The notes under the pieces are model-generated. The model was not told where the DNA came from and did no database searches. It saw only the letters and a program-made list of their open reading frames with translations. This document shows, one piece after another, positions 49,277 to 58,946 of a stretch of 64,000 bases of DNA. Position numbers and translations under genes: made by a program. Each line of letters begins with the position of its first letter. Within the stretch, counting starts at the first letter, position 1. The stretch is taken from positions 285,370-349,369 of the IMG/VR virus record IMGVR_UViG_3300034104_005687; one strand, written 5' to 3'.

Positions 49277-49908
49277 TGAGTTATATTGTAGGATCGTTAC
49301 CGCCTGTCAAATGTTTTGTCAAACGAGAGTTTCTCTATAACTTTGAAAAGGGTCACGGAGAATTAGAACCTGCAATATGGGTCAGTCTCAAAGCCCTACG
49401 TGGACAAGTGTTTCGTATTGAATCATTACTGCCCAACTACGGAGCACTCTACGACAAACTACCTATTCATGCTTATGTGTGGCAAGAAGACTACTCGGGC
49501 AATTTGCCCGTAGATACACTACAGCTTTGGGACTGCATGGGTTATCGCTTTACTATCATTGAAAAAATAGGCCTGCGTAATCTAGGTGTTAAGTTTCTGG
49601 GCAAAGATCGGGAATGGCATCACGGAACCTATTTGTTTACAGTGGATTTTTGTGCTGACGGCATGGATGTAGACACAGGCTTTACTGAGGTCGCGGAAGA
49701 ACACAAATCGTTTAATTTTATTCGACTGGAAAACGGTCAGTTTGCCTGCCAACCCAACAATCGATGCTTGTGGTACGATCAAAGTTTGATTTCTGGCAAT
49801 GTTAAGTTTCCAGATTTCAAAGCCGCACAGACCATATTCACAGTGGATGGCACACGCAAGTGGTCAGCAGGAGATGATTGGTTTTATTCAATTGAGGAAA
49901 GAAAATGA
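49276..49908 (+). CDS. Hypothetical protein
   Basis: Coupled ORF. Confidence 0.75.
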   Translation: MSYIVGSLPPVKCFVKREFLYNFEKGHGELEPAIWVSLKALRGQVFRIESLLPNYGALYDKLPIHAYVWQEDYSGNLPVDTLQLWDCMGYRFTIIEKIGLRNLGVKFLGKDREWHHGTYLFTVDFCADGMDVDTGFTEVAEEHKSFNFIRLENGQFACQPNNRCLWYDQSLISGNVKFPDFKAAQTIFTVDGTRKWSAGDDWFYSIEERK

Positions 49909-50411
49909 GTTTTATTGAAACAGTAAAAGGCGCATTGCCAGACTATGCCAAAGACACCAAGTTGAATCTTGATGCTGTGCTACTGCGTAGTACTTTAGAT
50001 GCAGATGTGGCCCTGGGCTGTGCTGTGGCTGCACTGGCTGCAACTGGCAACGGAAAGGTACTGGCTGTGTTGTTGGCAGATGCTCCTGAGTTTGCCGACA
50101 GTGCAATGACAGCCGCAAGCATTATGGCTCAGAACAATACCTGGTATCCTTACATTGAAATGGCAGAAGATCCTGCATTAAAAGGGTTGCCGGCACAGTT
50201 GCGTATGAACGCTATTGCCAGCCACGGTGGCACAACCAAGGCCAACTTTGAAGCATTCAGTTTGGCAGCCAGCATTGTGGGCAAGTGCCATTTCTGTGTA
50301 AAAGCACACTATGACACCTTGAAGACAGAAGGCTACACAGTGGAACAACTTCGTGACATTGGACGTATTGCCAGTGTTATGAATGCCGTGGCCAAGGTTC
50401 TCAACAGCTGA
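49905..50411 (+). CDS. ahpD: Alkyl hydroperoxide reductase AhpD
   Basis: LPDYAKD.KLNL, CHFCVKAH. Confidence 0.92.
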   Translation: MSFIETVKGALPDYAKDTKLNLDAVLLRSTLDADVALGCAVAALAATGNGKVLAVLLADAPEFADSAMTAASIMAQNNTWYPYIEMAEDPALKGLPAQLRMNAIASHGGTTKANFEAFSLAASIVGKCHFCVKAHYDTLKTEGYTVEQLRDIGRIASVMNAVAKVLNS

Positions 50412-50487
50412 TCAAACAGGTTGACTGCTCTACTCAAAGTCCTGTATAATGTGCATACAGGACTTTTTTACGATGTAAATAAACAAC

Positions 50488-50571
50488 GCGACTGTGGTGG
50501 AATGGTATACACAGCAGACTTAAAATCTGCCGCCTACGGGATTGAGGGTTCAAGTCCCTCCAGTCGTACCA
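50488..50571 (+). tRNA. tRNA-Leu (TAA)
   Basis: Type II cloverleaf, CCA. Confidence 0.9.
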
Positions 50572-50582
50572 ACTTGGTATTC

Positions 50583-51149
50583 ATGATGATTAGTTCAAGC
50601 CCCTCCCGTAATACCTTTCAAAAAGAAAAGTATATCGAACGCTGTAAGGAACAAGGCAAAGTGCCCAACAAAGCATATATCAAAATGTACGAACAACACA
50701 ACATTGATAAGTTAGAACGAGAAGAAAATCCAGAATGGCAAAAGAACAATATGGAGTTTGATCTCCGTAGTACCGATTGGATTCTAGCCAAAGTTCGTGC
50801 GTCCGAAGCCTACGCACAGAATCTTTATGCTGCCATGTGCAACCGCGAATTTCAAAAGAATGAAGTATGGCCCTTGTTGAAAAATCAAACCTGGGGTGCC
50901 AGTTGGCGATATGCCGGCGGCATTATCGCCGACATGCGTGGCGAGGGAGACTACATAGACTGGTACTGTTCGGGCATTCAAGGCGGAGTCTCGGAAGCAG
51001 AACTGGCAGAAATGACTGCAGAGCAGCAGGAACGACACCACTGGTATGAAAAAAACTTTGTACCCGAAGGCGTGGTCACTGACGAGATTCGTGCAGACCT
51101 GTTGAAGTTGGGATGGCTAGTAGTGGATGAAAAACAAGACCTTGCGTAA
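50583..51149 (+). CDS. Hypothetical protein
   Basis: Start placed after tRNA-Leu. Confidence 0.7.
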   Translation: MMISSSPSRNTFQKEKYIERCKEQGKVPNKAYIKMYEQHNIDKLEREENPEWQKNNMEFDLRSTDWILAKVRASEAYAQNLYAAMCNREFQKNEVWPLLKNQTWGASWRYAGGIIADMRGEGDYIDWYCSGIQGGVSEAELAEMTAEQQERHHWYEKNFVPEGVVTDEIRADLLKLGWLVVDEKQDLA

Positions 51150-51242
51150 TTTTACATAAATATTGTTACCATCTGCTCAGATGTGTTATTTTTATTCATC
51201 AGAATAAAATTCATTAACCAAACAAAATTTTCAAGGATATCA

Positions 51243-52151
51243 ATGAAAAAAATTATTTCAGCATTGGCCATTGCTTTGGCATGTTTTTCAGCATCGGCTA
51301 CTCCTACCGCACCGCAAACTGTACAACTAGTTTGGCCTTTTGCTGTTGGGGGTATGGGAGCGATGACCCGAAGTCTTATGGATATTGCCAATCAACAACA
51401 AAGCACATATCAATTTGTGTTTACTCATAAACCAGGTGCCGGCAGCACAGTTGCTGCCAACTATGTGTTGTCTTCAACGTCGTTGACAGTGTTTGCAAAC
51501 TCTGATGGAATGTACACCAGACCACTGATGTACAACGAAAGTCACGATCCGGCTCAATTCCAATTGGTGAGTGCAACGTGCACAAACATTCCATTGGCAA
51601 TCTACAGCCGTCGATACGCATCTGTGGACAACTTAAAAAACAAAGATGTCAGCGTGGGTATTATCCCCGGAACTGCAACTCAATTGTTCACACGCTTGCT
51701 GTCGGCCAACAATCCTGATTTAAAATTCACCGACGTGCCATACAAAGGTATTCCTGAATCAACTGTTGATGTGTTGGGCGGACATGTTGACGCCAATGTT
51801 GCCTTTCTTGGCAAAACAGGCTCTGCGCTGGCTTCAGGAGACGTATCACTTCTTGGTATTTCAGGAACTCGTAGTTTTCCTGGTGCGCCCACTTTTGCAA
51901 GTTTAAAAGTAAAAGGTGTTGAACAATTGACCAATGGTTACTATATCTTTGTTCCACGAACTGTTGATGCAAAAATAGCACAAGACCTCAATAGAATATT
52001 CAACAATGCTGCCAATTCAGATGCTTTCAAAGAAATTTGCACAGGAGAACGCGGGACTGTAGAGTCTGTGACATTTGGACAAACAGAAAAAATGCATCAA
52101 TCCAACATACAGCAATGGACTCGATTCACCCGCGGTATTGCAAAACAGTAA
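51243..52151 (+). CDS. Bug/TctC substrate-binding protein
   Basis: Signal peptide, WPFAVGG, KPGAG, VPYKG..DVLGGHVD. Confidence 0.85.
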   Translation: MKKIISALAIALACFSASATPTAPQTVQLVWPFAVGGMGAMTRSLMDIANQQQSTYQFVFTHKPGAGSTVAANYVLSSTSLTVFANSDGMYTRPLMYNESHDPAQFQLVSATCTNIPLAIYSRRYASVDNLKNKDVSVGIIPGTATQLFTRLLSANNPDLKFTDVPYKGIPESTVDVLGGHVDANVAFLGKTGSALASGDVSLLGISGTRSFPGAPTFASLKVKGVEQLTNGYYIFVPRTVDAKIAQDLNRIFNNAANSDAFKEICTGERGTVESVTFGQTEKMHQSNIQQWTRFTRGIAKQ

Positions 52152-52205
52152 TTTTGGATAGTTACAGAACTCACCAACAAAAGTACATTTTTATGAATTA
52201 TTTGT

Positions 52206-53477
52206 ATGTACCCACCAGCAGATAAAAATCGTTATGGATACTACACTGTTGGTGATTTCAAAACTTACAGCAAACTGGAAGCCATAGAACTCAGCGGAAA
52301 AATCAAACAACCTCTACAATGGAGATTCAACCAGCCCAAATTTGAGCAGTTTGACTGGACGCACGAACCTCCGGGTAGTTTGGAATTTTGGTACAAACAA
52401 CGGGCACAGCAGCTGAGAGAACAATATGATTATATTGTTATATGGTATTCTGGCGGCGCTGACAGTCACAATGTTCTTATGAGTTTTGTGAGAAACAATA
52501 TTTTTGTCGACGAGATTGCACAATACCACAATCTCAACGGTGACAAAGGCAACAAAAATACATATCTCAACGAAGAAGTATTTGCCACCTCCGCTCCTAT
52601 CACTCAGGATCTAATTGCAAACAATCCACTGTATCGTCATACCAAACACAGATTGGTAGATCTGTCAGACATACAAATGAAGATTCTTAAAGAAGACAGC
52701 AACAAATGGGACTATGTTTACAAAGTAGGAACCCATCCAAGCCCCAATGCACTGGCCAGAAGCTATCTTCGAGAAGTTATACCTGATTATGTTTCTTTAA
52801 TTGAACAAGGCAAACGTGTTTGTTTTTTGTTTGGCGCCGAAAAACCACTGGTACAATATCACAACGCTGATTGGTACGTGGCATTTCAGGACATGCTGGA
52901 CAATGCAGTGAGCCCAAGAACACAGATGTTGAATAGAGCATGGGAACATGACGAACTGTTTTACTGGAGCGATACCATGCCTCAATTGGCTGCAAAACAA
53001 GCTCATGTAGTAAAACGTTTTTTAAGTGGGCTCTCCCCAGAATTAGTTGACAATGTGCATGTTTCTTCTTACAATAAGTTATATGACGAATATGGCAGGA
53101 AAAAAGTAAATTCCTGGTGTGCCAATATTGACGTGAGCGGAATCAAATATCAATTGTTGCCCGATGGCCTTCATCGTTTGATCTACCCTGACTGGAATCC
53201 AATGTCTGTTGTTGCCAATAAGCCTCCGAGTACTTTGTATACTCCAAGAGATACCTGGATGTTTAACTCTGCAGCCCCCGATATTGGACAAAAATACTAT
53301 CATCACGGGTTATTGCATTTGCGACAGTTGGTCAAAAAGGCAGCCCCAGAATATTGGTGGGAATTCAAATATGATCCCGAATCAGGCATGCCATATGTTG
53401 GTGGATTAACGGCATGCTACAATAGGTACTGTCTGACGCCGAAATCAGGAATTGCCCAACCCACAACAATCAAATGA
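52206..53477 (+). CDS. PP-loop (adenine nucleotide alpha hydrolase-like) protein
   Basis: YSGGADS. Confidence 0.7.
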   Translation: MYPPADKNRYGYYTVGDFKTYSKLEAIELSGKIKQPLQWRFNQPKFEQFDWTHEPPGSLEFWYKQRAQQLREQYDYIVIWYSGGADSHNVLMSFVRNNIFVDEIAQYHNLNGDKGNKNTYLNEEVFATSAPITQDLIANNPLYRHTKHRLVDLSDIQMKILKEDSNKWDYVYKVGTHPSPNALARSYLREVIPDYVSLIEQGKRVCFLFGAEKPLVQYHNADWYVAFQDMLDNAVSPRTQMLNRAWEHDELFYWSDTMPQLAAKQAHVVKRFLSGLSPELVDNVHVSSYNKLYDEYGRKKVNSWCANIDVSGIKYQLLPDGLHRLIYPDWNPMSVVANKPPSTLYTPRDTWMFNSAAPDIGQKYYHHGLLHLRQLVKKAAPEYWWEFKYDPESGMPYVGGLTACYNRYCLTPKSGIAQPTTIK

Positions 53478-54703
53478 ACCATTACAATACTCAATTTTTT
53501 GATGTAACGCTGGAACAAAATTTCAAGTTAGGATATTATCAAGTTGGCAATCAAATTTATGTCAGCAAAGTCCAAGCCTTGATGGAAGCCACCAAAACCA
53601 ACCAGTTTCCACATTGGAATTTCAACAACGAAGTTTTTTCCAAACAGGCCTGGACTGCGGAGCCTGAAGTCAATATAAGAGAACTGTATAGACTGCGAGC
53701 TCAGCAACTGCGTGACAAGTATGACTACATCAGAATTGAATGCAGCGGCGGCGGAGACAGCACACAGGTAGTCTACAATTTTTTGCTCAACAACATTCAT
53801 GTTGACGAAATTTTGGTTCGATATCCCAAGGCCGGCGAACACAACATCAAAAAAGACCCCTTCAACTTCAGAGTAGAAAATCATCTCAGTGAATATGAAT
53901 ATGCTGCTCGACCACTGTTGAACTGGGTCAAAACAAATTTTCCCAAAGTAAAAATCACTGTCCATGACTACAGTGAAGACATGTTGAACGACACAGACCG
54001 TGACGAATCTTGGGTGTATGCTGCCAAGGACTTTTTGCAACCAGCACACGTGACCAAGTTCACCACATATCATACCATGGATCAACGAACCCTGGTGGAC
54101 CAAGGCAAAAAGATTTGCATATTGTACGGTATTGACAAACCCAAAATTTGCCACAAAGACGGCAAATGGTATTTGTATTTTATAGATTTTCAAGCCAACT
54201 ATGCCAATTCGGATGTTGGAGAATACAACAATATCACCAATGAATATTTTTTCTGGACTCCAGATTTCCCTGAGATACTGTTGAAGCAAGCACACATCAT
54301 TGTGAAATGGTTTAATCAACCAGCCAACCGTCATTTACAGTATCTGGCCAGATGGCCTAATCACAGTAATTTACAACGCACAGCATACGAAGCCTGTGTC
54401 AAACCCCTGATTTATGTAGATTACGATCCTGCCACTTTTCAGGTAGCCAAGCCTATTACTAATTTTTACAGTGAAATGGACCATTGGTTCTATACCAATT
54501 TCAAGGATCACAAACTGTACAGTAGTTGGAAAGCAGGCATTGACTTTGTTGAACGCACCATAGACAACAAATATTTCAACAAAGAATTCGGACGCAATAT
54601 CGGATTTATTGGATTCTTGAGTCCCTTCTACTATATCAGAGACGTAGAGCACGGCCAGGATCAACACATCAAGTTAGCAACAAATAACTTTGACAGATTT
54701 TGA
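53474..54703 (+). CDS. PP-loop protein, paralog of preceding gene
   Basis: RAQQLR..YD, SGGGDS, KQAH shared. Confidence 0.7.
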   Translation: MNHYNTQFFDVTLEQNFKLGYYQVGNQIYVSKVQALMEATKTNQFPHWNFNNEVFSKQAWTAEPEVNIRELYRLRAQQLRDKYDYIRIECSGGGDSTQVVYNFLLNNIHVDEILVRYPKAGEHNIKKDPFNFRVENHLSEYEYAARPLLNWVKTNFPKVKITVHDYSEDMLNDTDRDESWVYAAKDFLQPAHVTKFTTYHTMDQRTLVDQGKKICILYGIDKPKICHKDGKWYLYFIDFQANYANSDVGEYNNITNEYFFWTPDFPEILLKQAHIIVKWFNQPANRHLQYLARWPNHSNLQRTAYEACVKPLIYVDYDPATFQVAKPITNFYSEMDHWFYTNFKDHKLYSSWKAGIDFVERTIDNKYFNKEFGRNIGFIGFLSPFYYIRDVEHGQDQHIKLATNNFDRF

Positions 54704-54889
54704 CTCACTAAGTACAAAGCAACGCCGCACTGCCGACGTCGGACAACATATTGACGCTTGAGGTACAAAAACCTCTTTACTGCTGTGATACATGCAGAAC
54801 GCCAATTCCCGTAAGTAGAAAATCTACCAGCCAAACATCATTGACAAATTCACACAGAATTTGTATAATTTTACATTGGAGAAACAAAC

Positions 54890-55798
54890 ATGAAAAAACT
54901 TTTAACTGCTGTGGTTCTGTCCATGGCCGCACTGAGTGCAAATGCCAAAGAAACCATTCAAATCATCTATGGGTTTGGAGCCGGTGACAACAGCACCAAC
55001 TATGCTCGCAACATGGCCGCAGAAGCCAACAAAATTCAAAACAAATACAATTTTGTGTTTGACGTCAAGTCCGGCGGCGGACAAGTCGTGGCCTTTAACT
55101 ATGTGAAAAATACGTCAGGTGCAATTTTTATGACATCGGGTGCATATTGGCTGCGACCCAATTTCTATCCCACAGCAAGTTATGATGTCAACGAATTTCG
55201 CACCATCATGACACAATGCAGTGTGCCGTTTGCTGTGGCATCCAAGAAGCATGCCAACTGGGCCAGTGTGCCCAAAAATCAGCCAATTACCATTGCCACC
55301 TCGGGGCTGGGAGTGGTCAGTCATTTGACAGCATTGCAAATTCAAAAGATATATCCCAACTCCACTATTGTGCCATACAAGAGCACTTCCGAAGCATTGG
55401 TTGCCACAATGTCAGGACAAGTTGATCTTGTAGTGGGTTTTGTAGGCGACATCGAAAAATACACACAAGAAGGATTTGCTGGAAAACTAACTACCTTGGG
55501 CACCACCGGTCCCAAGTTTGTGGGCAACTATCCTAACTTGACCAGTCAGGGATTCCCTGCACCGCTGGCCAAGATGAATACTCCCTACAACTTGATGGTG
55601 CCACGATCTTTTCCTGAAGACAAAGCCAAAGAAATTCGTGAAATCTTGTTGTCGGTGGAAAACAAAAAATCAGTACGTGATGCATATGCACTGGACCATT
55701 GCCAGCCTTTCCAAGTACCTGCAAAGGATCTTGGCACCTGGTGGAACGAGCAAAATCAATACTGGTCTGGTTTGACTGTTGGCGTCAAGATTGATTAA
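54890..55798 (+). CDS. Bug/TctC substrate-binding protein
   Basis: Signal peptide, VPYKS..SGQVD. Confidence 0.8.
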   Translation: MKKLLTAVVLSMAALSANAKETIQIIYGFGAGDNSTNYARNMAAEANKIQNKYNFVFDVKSGGGQVVAFNYVKNTSGAIFMTSGAYWLRPNFYPTASYDVNEFRTIMTQCSVPFAVASKKHANWASVPKNQPITIATSGLGVVSHLTALQIQKIYPNSTIVPYKSTSEALVATMSGQVDLVVGFVGDIEKYTQEGFAGKLTTLGTTGPKFVGNYPNLTSQGFPAPLAKMNTPYNLMVPRSFPEDKAKEIREILLSVENKKSVRDAYALDHCQPFQVPAKDLGTWWNEQNQYWSGLTVGVKID

Positions 55799-55808
55799 AT
55801 AAAAGTTA

Positions 55809-56176
55809 TTGCTGTATGAAGCAAAGAGAAAAGTGTCTTGGACGGGGGTGCGAATCCCCCCAGGTCCACCAATAAGGATGATTATGAACGTTACACAAAC
55901 ATTAAAAGTTACAGGCTATCTAGTAGGTGCATACATTGCTTACAAGTTAGGTCTTGAAGTGTGGTGTGTTGTTTATGGACTGCTTTATTGATGGGCCTGA
56001 CCTAGATTCGACAGGGCAACAAGTAAATTAGTGGACAGCTCGGCAATGTGAAAGCCGTTAGGGTTGGGAGAACTCGGCCGTAGAAGCAAAAAAAGTAACC
56101 GCAAACGACTCACAGTTCGCATTGGCAGCTTGAACAAGGCTACCTAGGGTAAGACATACCTCGTAACAGAAACTCC
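55809..56176 (+). ncRNA. ssrA: Circularly permuted two-piece tmRNA, tag ANDSQFALAA; outer ends approximate
   Basis: T-arm + CAGGTCCACCA (ends 55871) precedes GGGCCTGA..GATTCGAC (55993); G3-U70 pair; tag 56101-56133. Confidence 0.9.
55884..55991 (+). CDS. 35-aa hydrophobic ORF inside the tmRNA intervening segment
   Basis: AAGGA RBS; fills the spacer almost exactly. Confidence 0.45.
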   Translation: MNVTQTLKVTGYLVGAYIAYKLGLEVWCVVYGLLY

Positions 56177-56203
56177 AAAAAGGCGTCAAAATACGCCTTT
56201 TTT
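56177..56203 (+). terminator. Intrinsic terminator
   Basis: AAAAGGCGT..ACGCCTTTTTT. Confidence 0.8.
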
Positions 56204-56278
56204 GTTGACTTAGTTAGTAAAACCACTATATACTTGTCTATGGTCGACTTTGATCATACTTTCTAAAGGAAAAATCTA

Positions 56279-57160
56279 ATGAAGAAAATTTTAGTTACAG
56301 CCGCTTTGTTGGCTACTTGTGCTCTGGCTTCTGCACAAACTACTGTGTACGGTCGGATGAACGCCACAGTTGACAACACCAAAACAGGTGCCAGCACTGT
56401 CAACAGCATCGCCAACGATATCAGCCACATTGGCTTTCGTGTACAAGAAAATATCGGCAAGGGCTTGACAGCTCGTGCTGTGATCGAAACTGGCATTAAC
56501 AGCCAAGATCCCACCGGTGGTACAGACACACAGCTGGGCAATCGCCACAGCACTGTGGGTCTTGTTGCCAAAGCAGGTAGCCTGGACCTAGGACGTAGAA
56601 CTCACGGCATCTTTACCACTGCTGCCGACAATGATTCTTTTGGCGCACTGTACGGCAGTATTGCTGGTGATGTACACAATCTACGTGGCAATCGACTCAG
56701 CAACGGCGTGTTTGCTCGTGTTACTGCTTTTCCCGGTGTAGCATTGGGTGCTGACCGTACTCATACTGCTGCCGGTCAAGAAGTCACTGTATACAGTGCC
56801 GGCGCCAAGTTTGGCATTGTCAACACCAGTGTTGCTCAATTTGATCAAGGTGCCGAAAAGAGCACAATGCTTGGCGCCAATGCCAAGTTTGGTGCAACCA
56901 CTGTGTTTTACAGCCACAGTGACAATCAAGGCGTTGTTGCCAACAAAGGCAACTTGGTTGGCGCTGCTCAAAAAGTAGGTGCTTACACCCTCAAGGCCAG
57001 CTATGGCAAGACCAACGCCGATGTTGAAGCCTACAATGTTGGTGCTGAGTATGCACTCAGCAAACGTACTGATCTCTTGGTCAGCTATCGCAACGTTGAC
57101 AAAACAGGTTCTGTCAACGACGTCAAACAGGTTGGCGTAGGCGTTACACATCGCTTCTGA
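56279..57160 (+). CDS. Gram-negative general porin
   Basis: Signal peptide, TVYG, GAEYALSKRT, terminal HRF. Confidence 0.9.
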   Translation: MKKILVTAALLATCALASAQTTVYGRMNATVDNTKTGASTVNSIANDISHIGFRVQENIGKGLTARAVIETGINSQDPTGGTDTQLGNRHSTVGLVAKAGSLDLGRRTHGIFTTAADNDSFGALYGSIAGDVHNLRGNRLSNGVFARVTAFPGVALGADRTHTAAGQEVTVYSAGAKFGIVNTSVAQFDQGAEKSTMLGANAKFGATTVFYSHSDNQGVVANKGNLVGAAQKVGAYTLKASYGKTNADVEAYNVGAEYALSKRTDLLVSYRNVDKTGSVNDVKQVGVGVTHRF

Positions 57161-57178
57161 TTTCAGTAGTGTACTAAC

Positions 57179-57206
57179 AAAACCCGCCGAGGCGGGTTTT
57201 CTTTTT
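57179..57206 (+). terminator. Intrinsic terminator
   Basis: AAAACCCGCC-GA-GGCGGGTTTT. Confidence 0.85.
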
Positions 57207-57222
57207 GATTAAATTGTCGGGT

Positions 57223-57240
57223 CTGTAACAAAATTGTAAC
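57223..57240 (+). promoter_or_regulatory. Pho box
   Basis: CTGTAAC-AAAA-TTGTAAC, 11-bp period. Confidence 0.7.
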
Positions 57241-57261
57241 AGTCTTCGTCTTAAATAATAG

Positions 57262-58143
57262 ATGAAGACATATCGCTCAATCTTTGTCAGTGATGTCCAT
57301 CTTGGAACCAAAGATTGTCAAGCCGATCGTCTCAATAACTTTCTCAAACACAACACCTGTGACACACTGTATCTAGTAGGCGATATTATCGATGCCTGGA
57401 AGATACAACAAAACAAATGGCGCTGGAAACAAAGCCATACCAACGTGGTACGCAGAGTACTGGGTCATGCCAAGCGCGGAACCCGTGTAGTATTCATAGC
57501 AGGCAATCACGATGAATTCCTTAGGCCCATGATACCTTATGGTTTCAGTTTTGGTTTAATAGAAATACACAATCAAACGGAACACATAGGCGCAGATGGT
57601 AAGCACTACTTAGTTGTTCACGGTGACTTGTTTGACGGCATCACCCGCCTAGCACCATGGATAGCATTCTTAGGAGATAAAGCATATGATGTTGTTCTTG
57701 CACTCAACAATAAATTTAATTGGATTCGTCGTCGCATGGGTTTTGGGTACTTTAGCCTTAGCCGGTATCTTAAGTACAAAGTTAAAAAAGCAGTAGACTT
57801 TGTGTTCAAGTTTGAAGAGAATTTAGCCAACTACTGCAAAAAGCGTGGCTTTGATGGAGTCATCTGCGGACACATACATCACGCAGAAATAAAAGAAATC
57901 AACGGTGTCGCATACATGAATGATGGCGACTGGGTTGAATCGTGTACAGCACTTGTAGAACATCACGATGGCCGTTGGGAAATCGTAACTTGGACCAAGG
58001 AGAGCGACCATGTGGATACTGATAATACTGGCAGTGCATCTAAACAATCCAAAAGACATTCCAGGACGGGTAATGATAGAATTTCCTACCCTCCAGGACT
58101 GCGAGCGAGCTCGGTCAACAATGACCAGTTGGCTAAAATTTGA
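57262..58143 (+). CDS. plcP: PlcP-like metallophosphoesterase (LpxH-related phospholipase C)
   Basis: SDVHLG, LVGDIID, GNHD, HGD, GHIH, NDGDWVES; Pho box and downstream GT. Confidence 0.7.
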   Translation: MKTYRSIFVSDVHLGTKDCQADRLNNFLKHNTCDTLYLVGDIIDAWKIQQNKWRWKQSHTNVVRRVLGHAKRGTRVVFIAGNHDEFLRPMIPYGFSFGLIEIHNQTEHIGADGKHYLVVHGDLFDGITRLAPWIAFLGDKAYDVVLALNNKFNWIRRRMGFGYFSLSRYLKYKVKKAVDFVFKFEENLANYCKKRGFDGVICGHIHHAEIKEINGVAYMNDGDWVESCTALVEHHDGRWEIVTWTKESDHVDTDNTGSASKQSKRHSRTGNDRISYPPGLRASSVNNDQLAKI

Positions 58144-58183
58144 TAACTTCAAGGTGGTAGCAGAATGCAAGAAACAACTCTAA
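58010..58183 (+). CDS. 57-aa ORF overlapping the plcP tail
   Basis: AAGGAG RBS; MWILIILAVH... Confidence 0.5.
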   Translation: MWILIILAVHLNNPKDIPGRVMIEFPTLQDCERARSTMTSWLKFDNFKVVAECKKQL

Positions 58184-58884
58184 GCGACACAATTACCATA
58201 GTGGTACCCTGTAAGAATGAGGAGAACTATATTGCACATTTATTAATGCACCTACGCCAGCAGTCAATAGGTCGTACTAGAATTATCATTGCCGACTGTT
58301 CAACAGACCGCACTCGAGAAGTTATAGAAATAATGAAAGGTGAATTGAATGTTGAAATCATTGAGGGCGGGCCTGTTTCTACTGCCAAGAACCGTGGAGC
58401 ACAACTGGTCACCACTCCCTACATCTTGTTCGTTGACGCTGATGTACGTTTCTTCAAAGACACAGTCATCCGTGATGCTGTTGACCTAATAGAGTCTAAA
58501 AACCTAGATCTTATCGGCCTGAATATCAAATGCTATGACAAGGACCTACGAGCAAAGATTGGATTCACTGCATTTAATTTAATCAATCATGCATTAAAAT
58601 ACTTTTCGCCATTTGCTGTAGGAGCGTTCATGCTGACCCGCAGAGATCGTTTTGAAGAGTATGGCGGCTTTCCTGAACAATTTTCCACCAGCGAAGACTT
58701 CTTCTTGTCAAGAAAGTACAATCCTCGAAAGTTCAAAATTGTAAAACATTACTTTGGACAGGATAGTCGTAGATTTAAGAAGATGGGTTATTTTGGGATG
58801 GGCAAATACCTAATAAAGAACTTTGTTAATCGCAACAACCAGGCATATTGGAACCGTTTGGACGGATCCAAATACTGGTCATAA
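58165..58884 (+). CDS. GT2 glycosyltransferase
   Basis: VVPCKNE, STDRT, FVDAD, GGF..SED. Confidence 0.88.
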   Translation: MQETTLSDTITIVVPCKNEENYIAHLLMHLRQQSIGRTRIIIADCSTDRTREVIEIMKGELNVEIIEGGPVSTAKNRGAQLVTTPYILFVDADVRFFKDTVIRDAVDLIESKNLDLIGLNIKCYDKDLRAKIGFTAFNLINHALKYFSPFAVGAFMLTRRDRFEEYGGFPEQFSTSEDFFLSRKYNPRKFKIVKHYFGQDSRRFKKMGYFGMGKYLIKNFVNRNNQAYWNRLDGSKYWS

Positions 58885-58904
58885 TTTTGTAACAAAATTG
58901 TAAT
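58876..58904 (+). promoter_or_regulatory. Pho box with three half-sites
   Basis: TGGTCAT/TTGTAAC/TTGTAAT at 58876, 58887, 58898. Confidence 0.75.
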
Positions 58905-58946
58905 ATTATTCTACTTAAATAATTTTGTCACAACAAGGAGAACCCA

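Noticed and set aside
50421-50582. N-terminal extension of the 50421 ORF
   Set aside because: It runs through a promoter and tRNA-Leu; the real start is likely 50583 or 50586.
52206-54703. PP-loop genes (and the AsnB-like gene) as queC
   Set aside because: They lack the QueC C-terminal Cys zinc motif and have different size and architecture.
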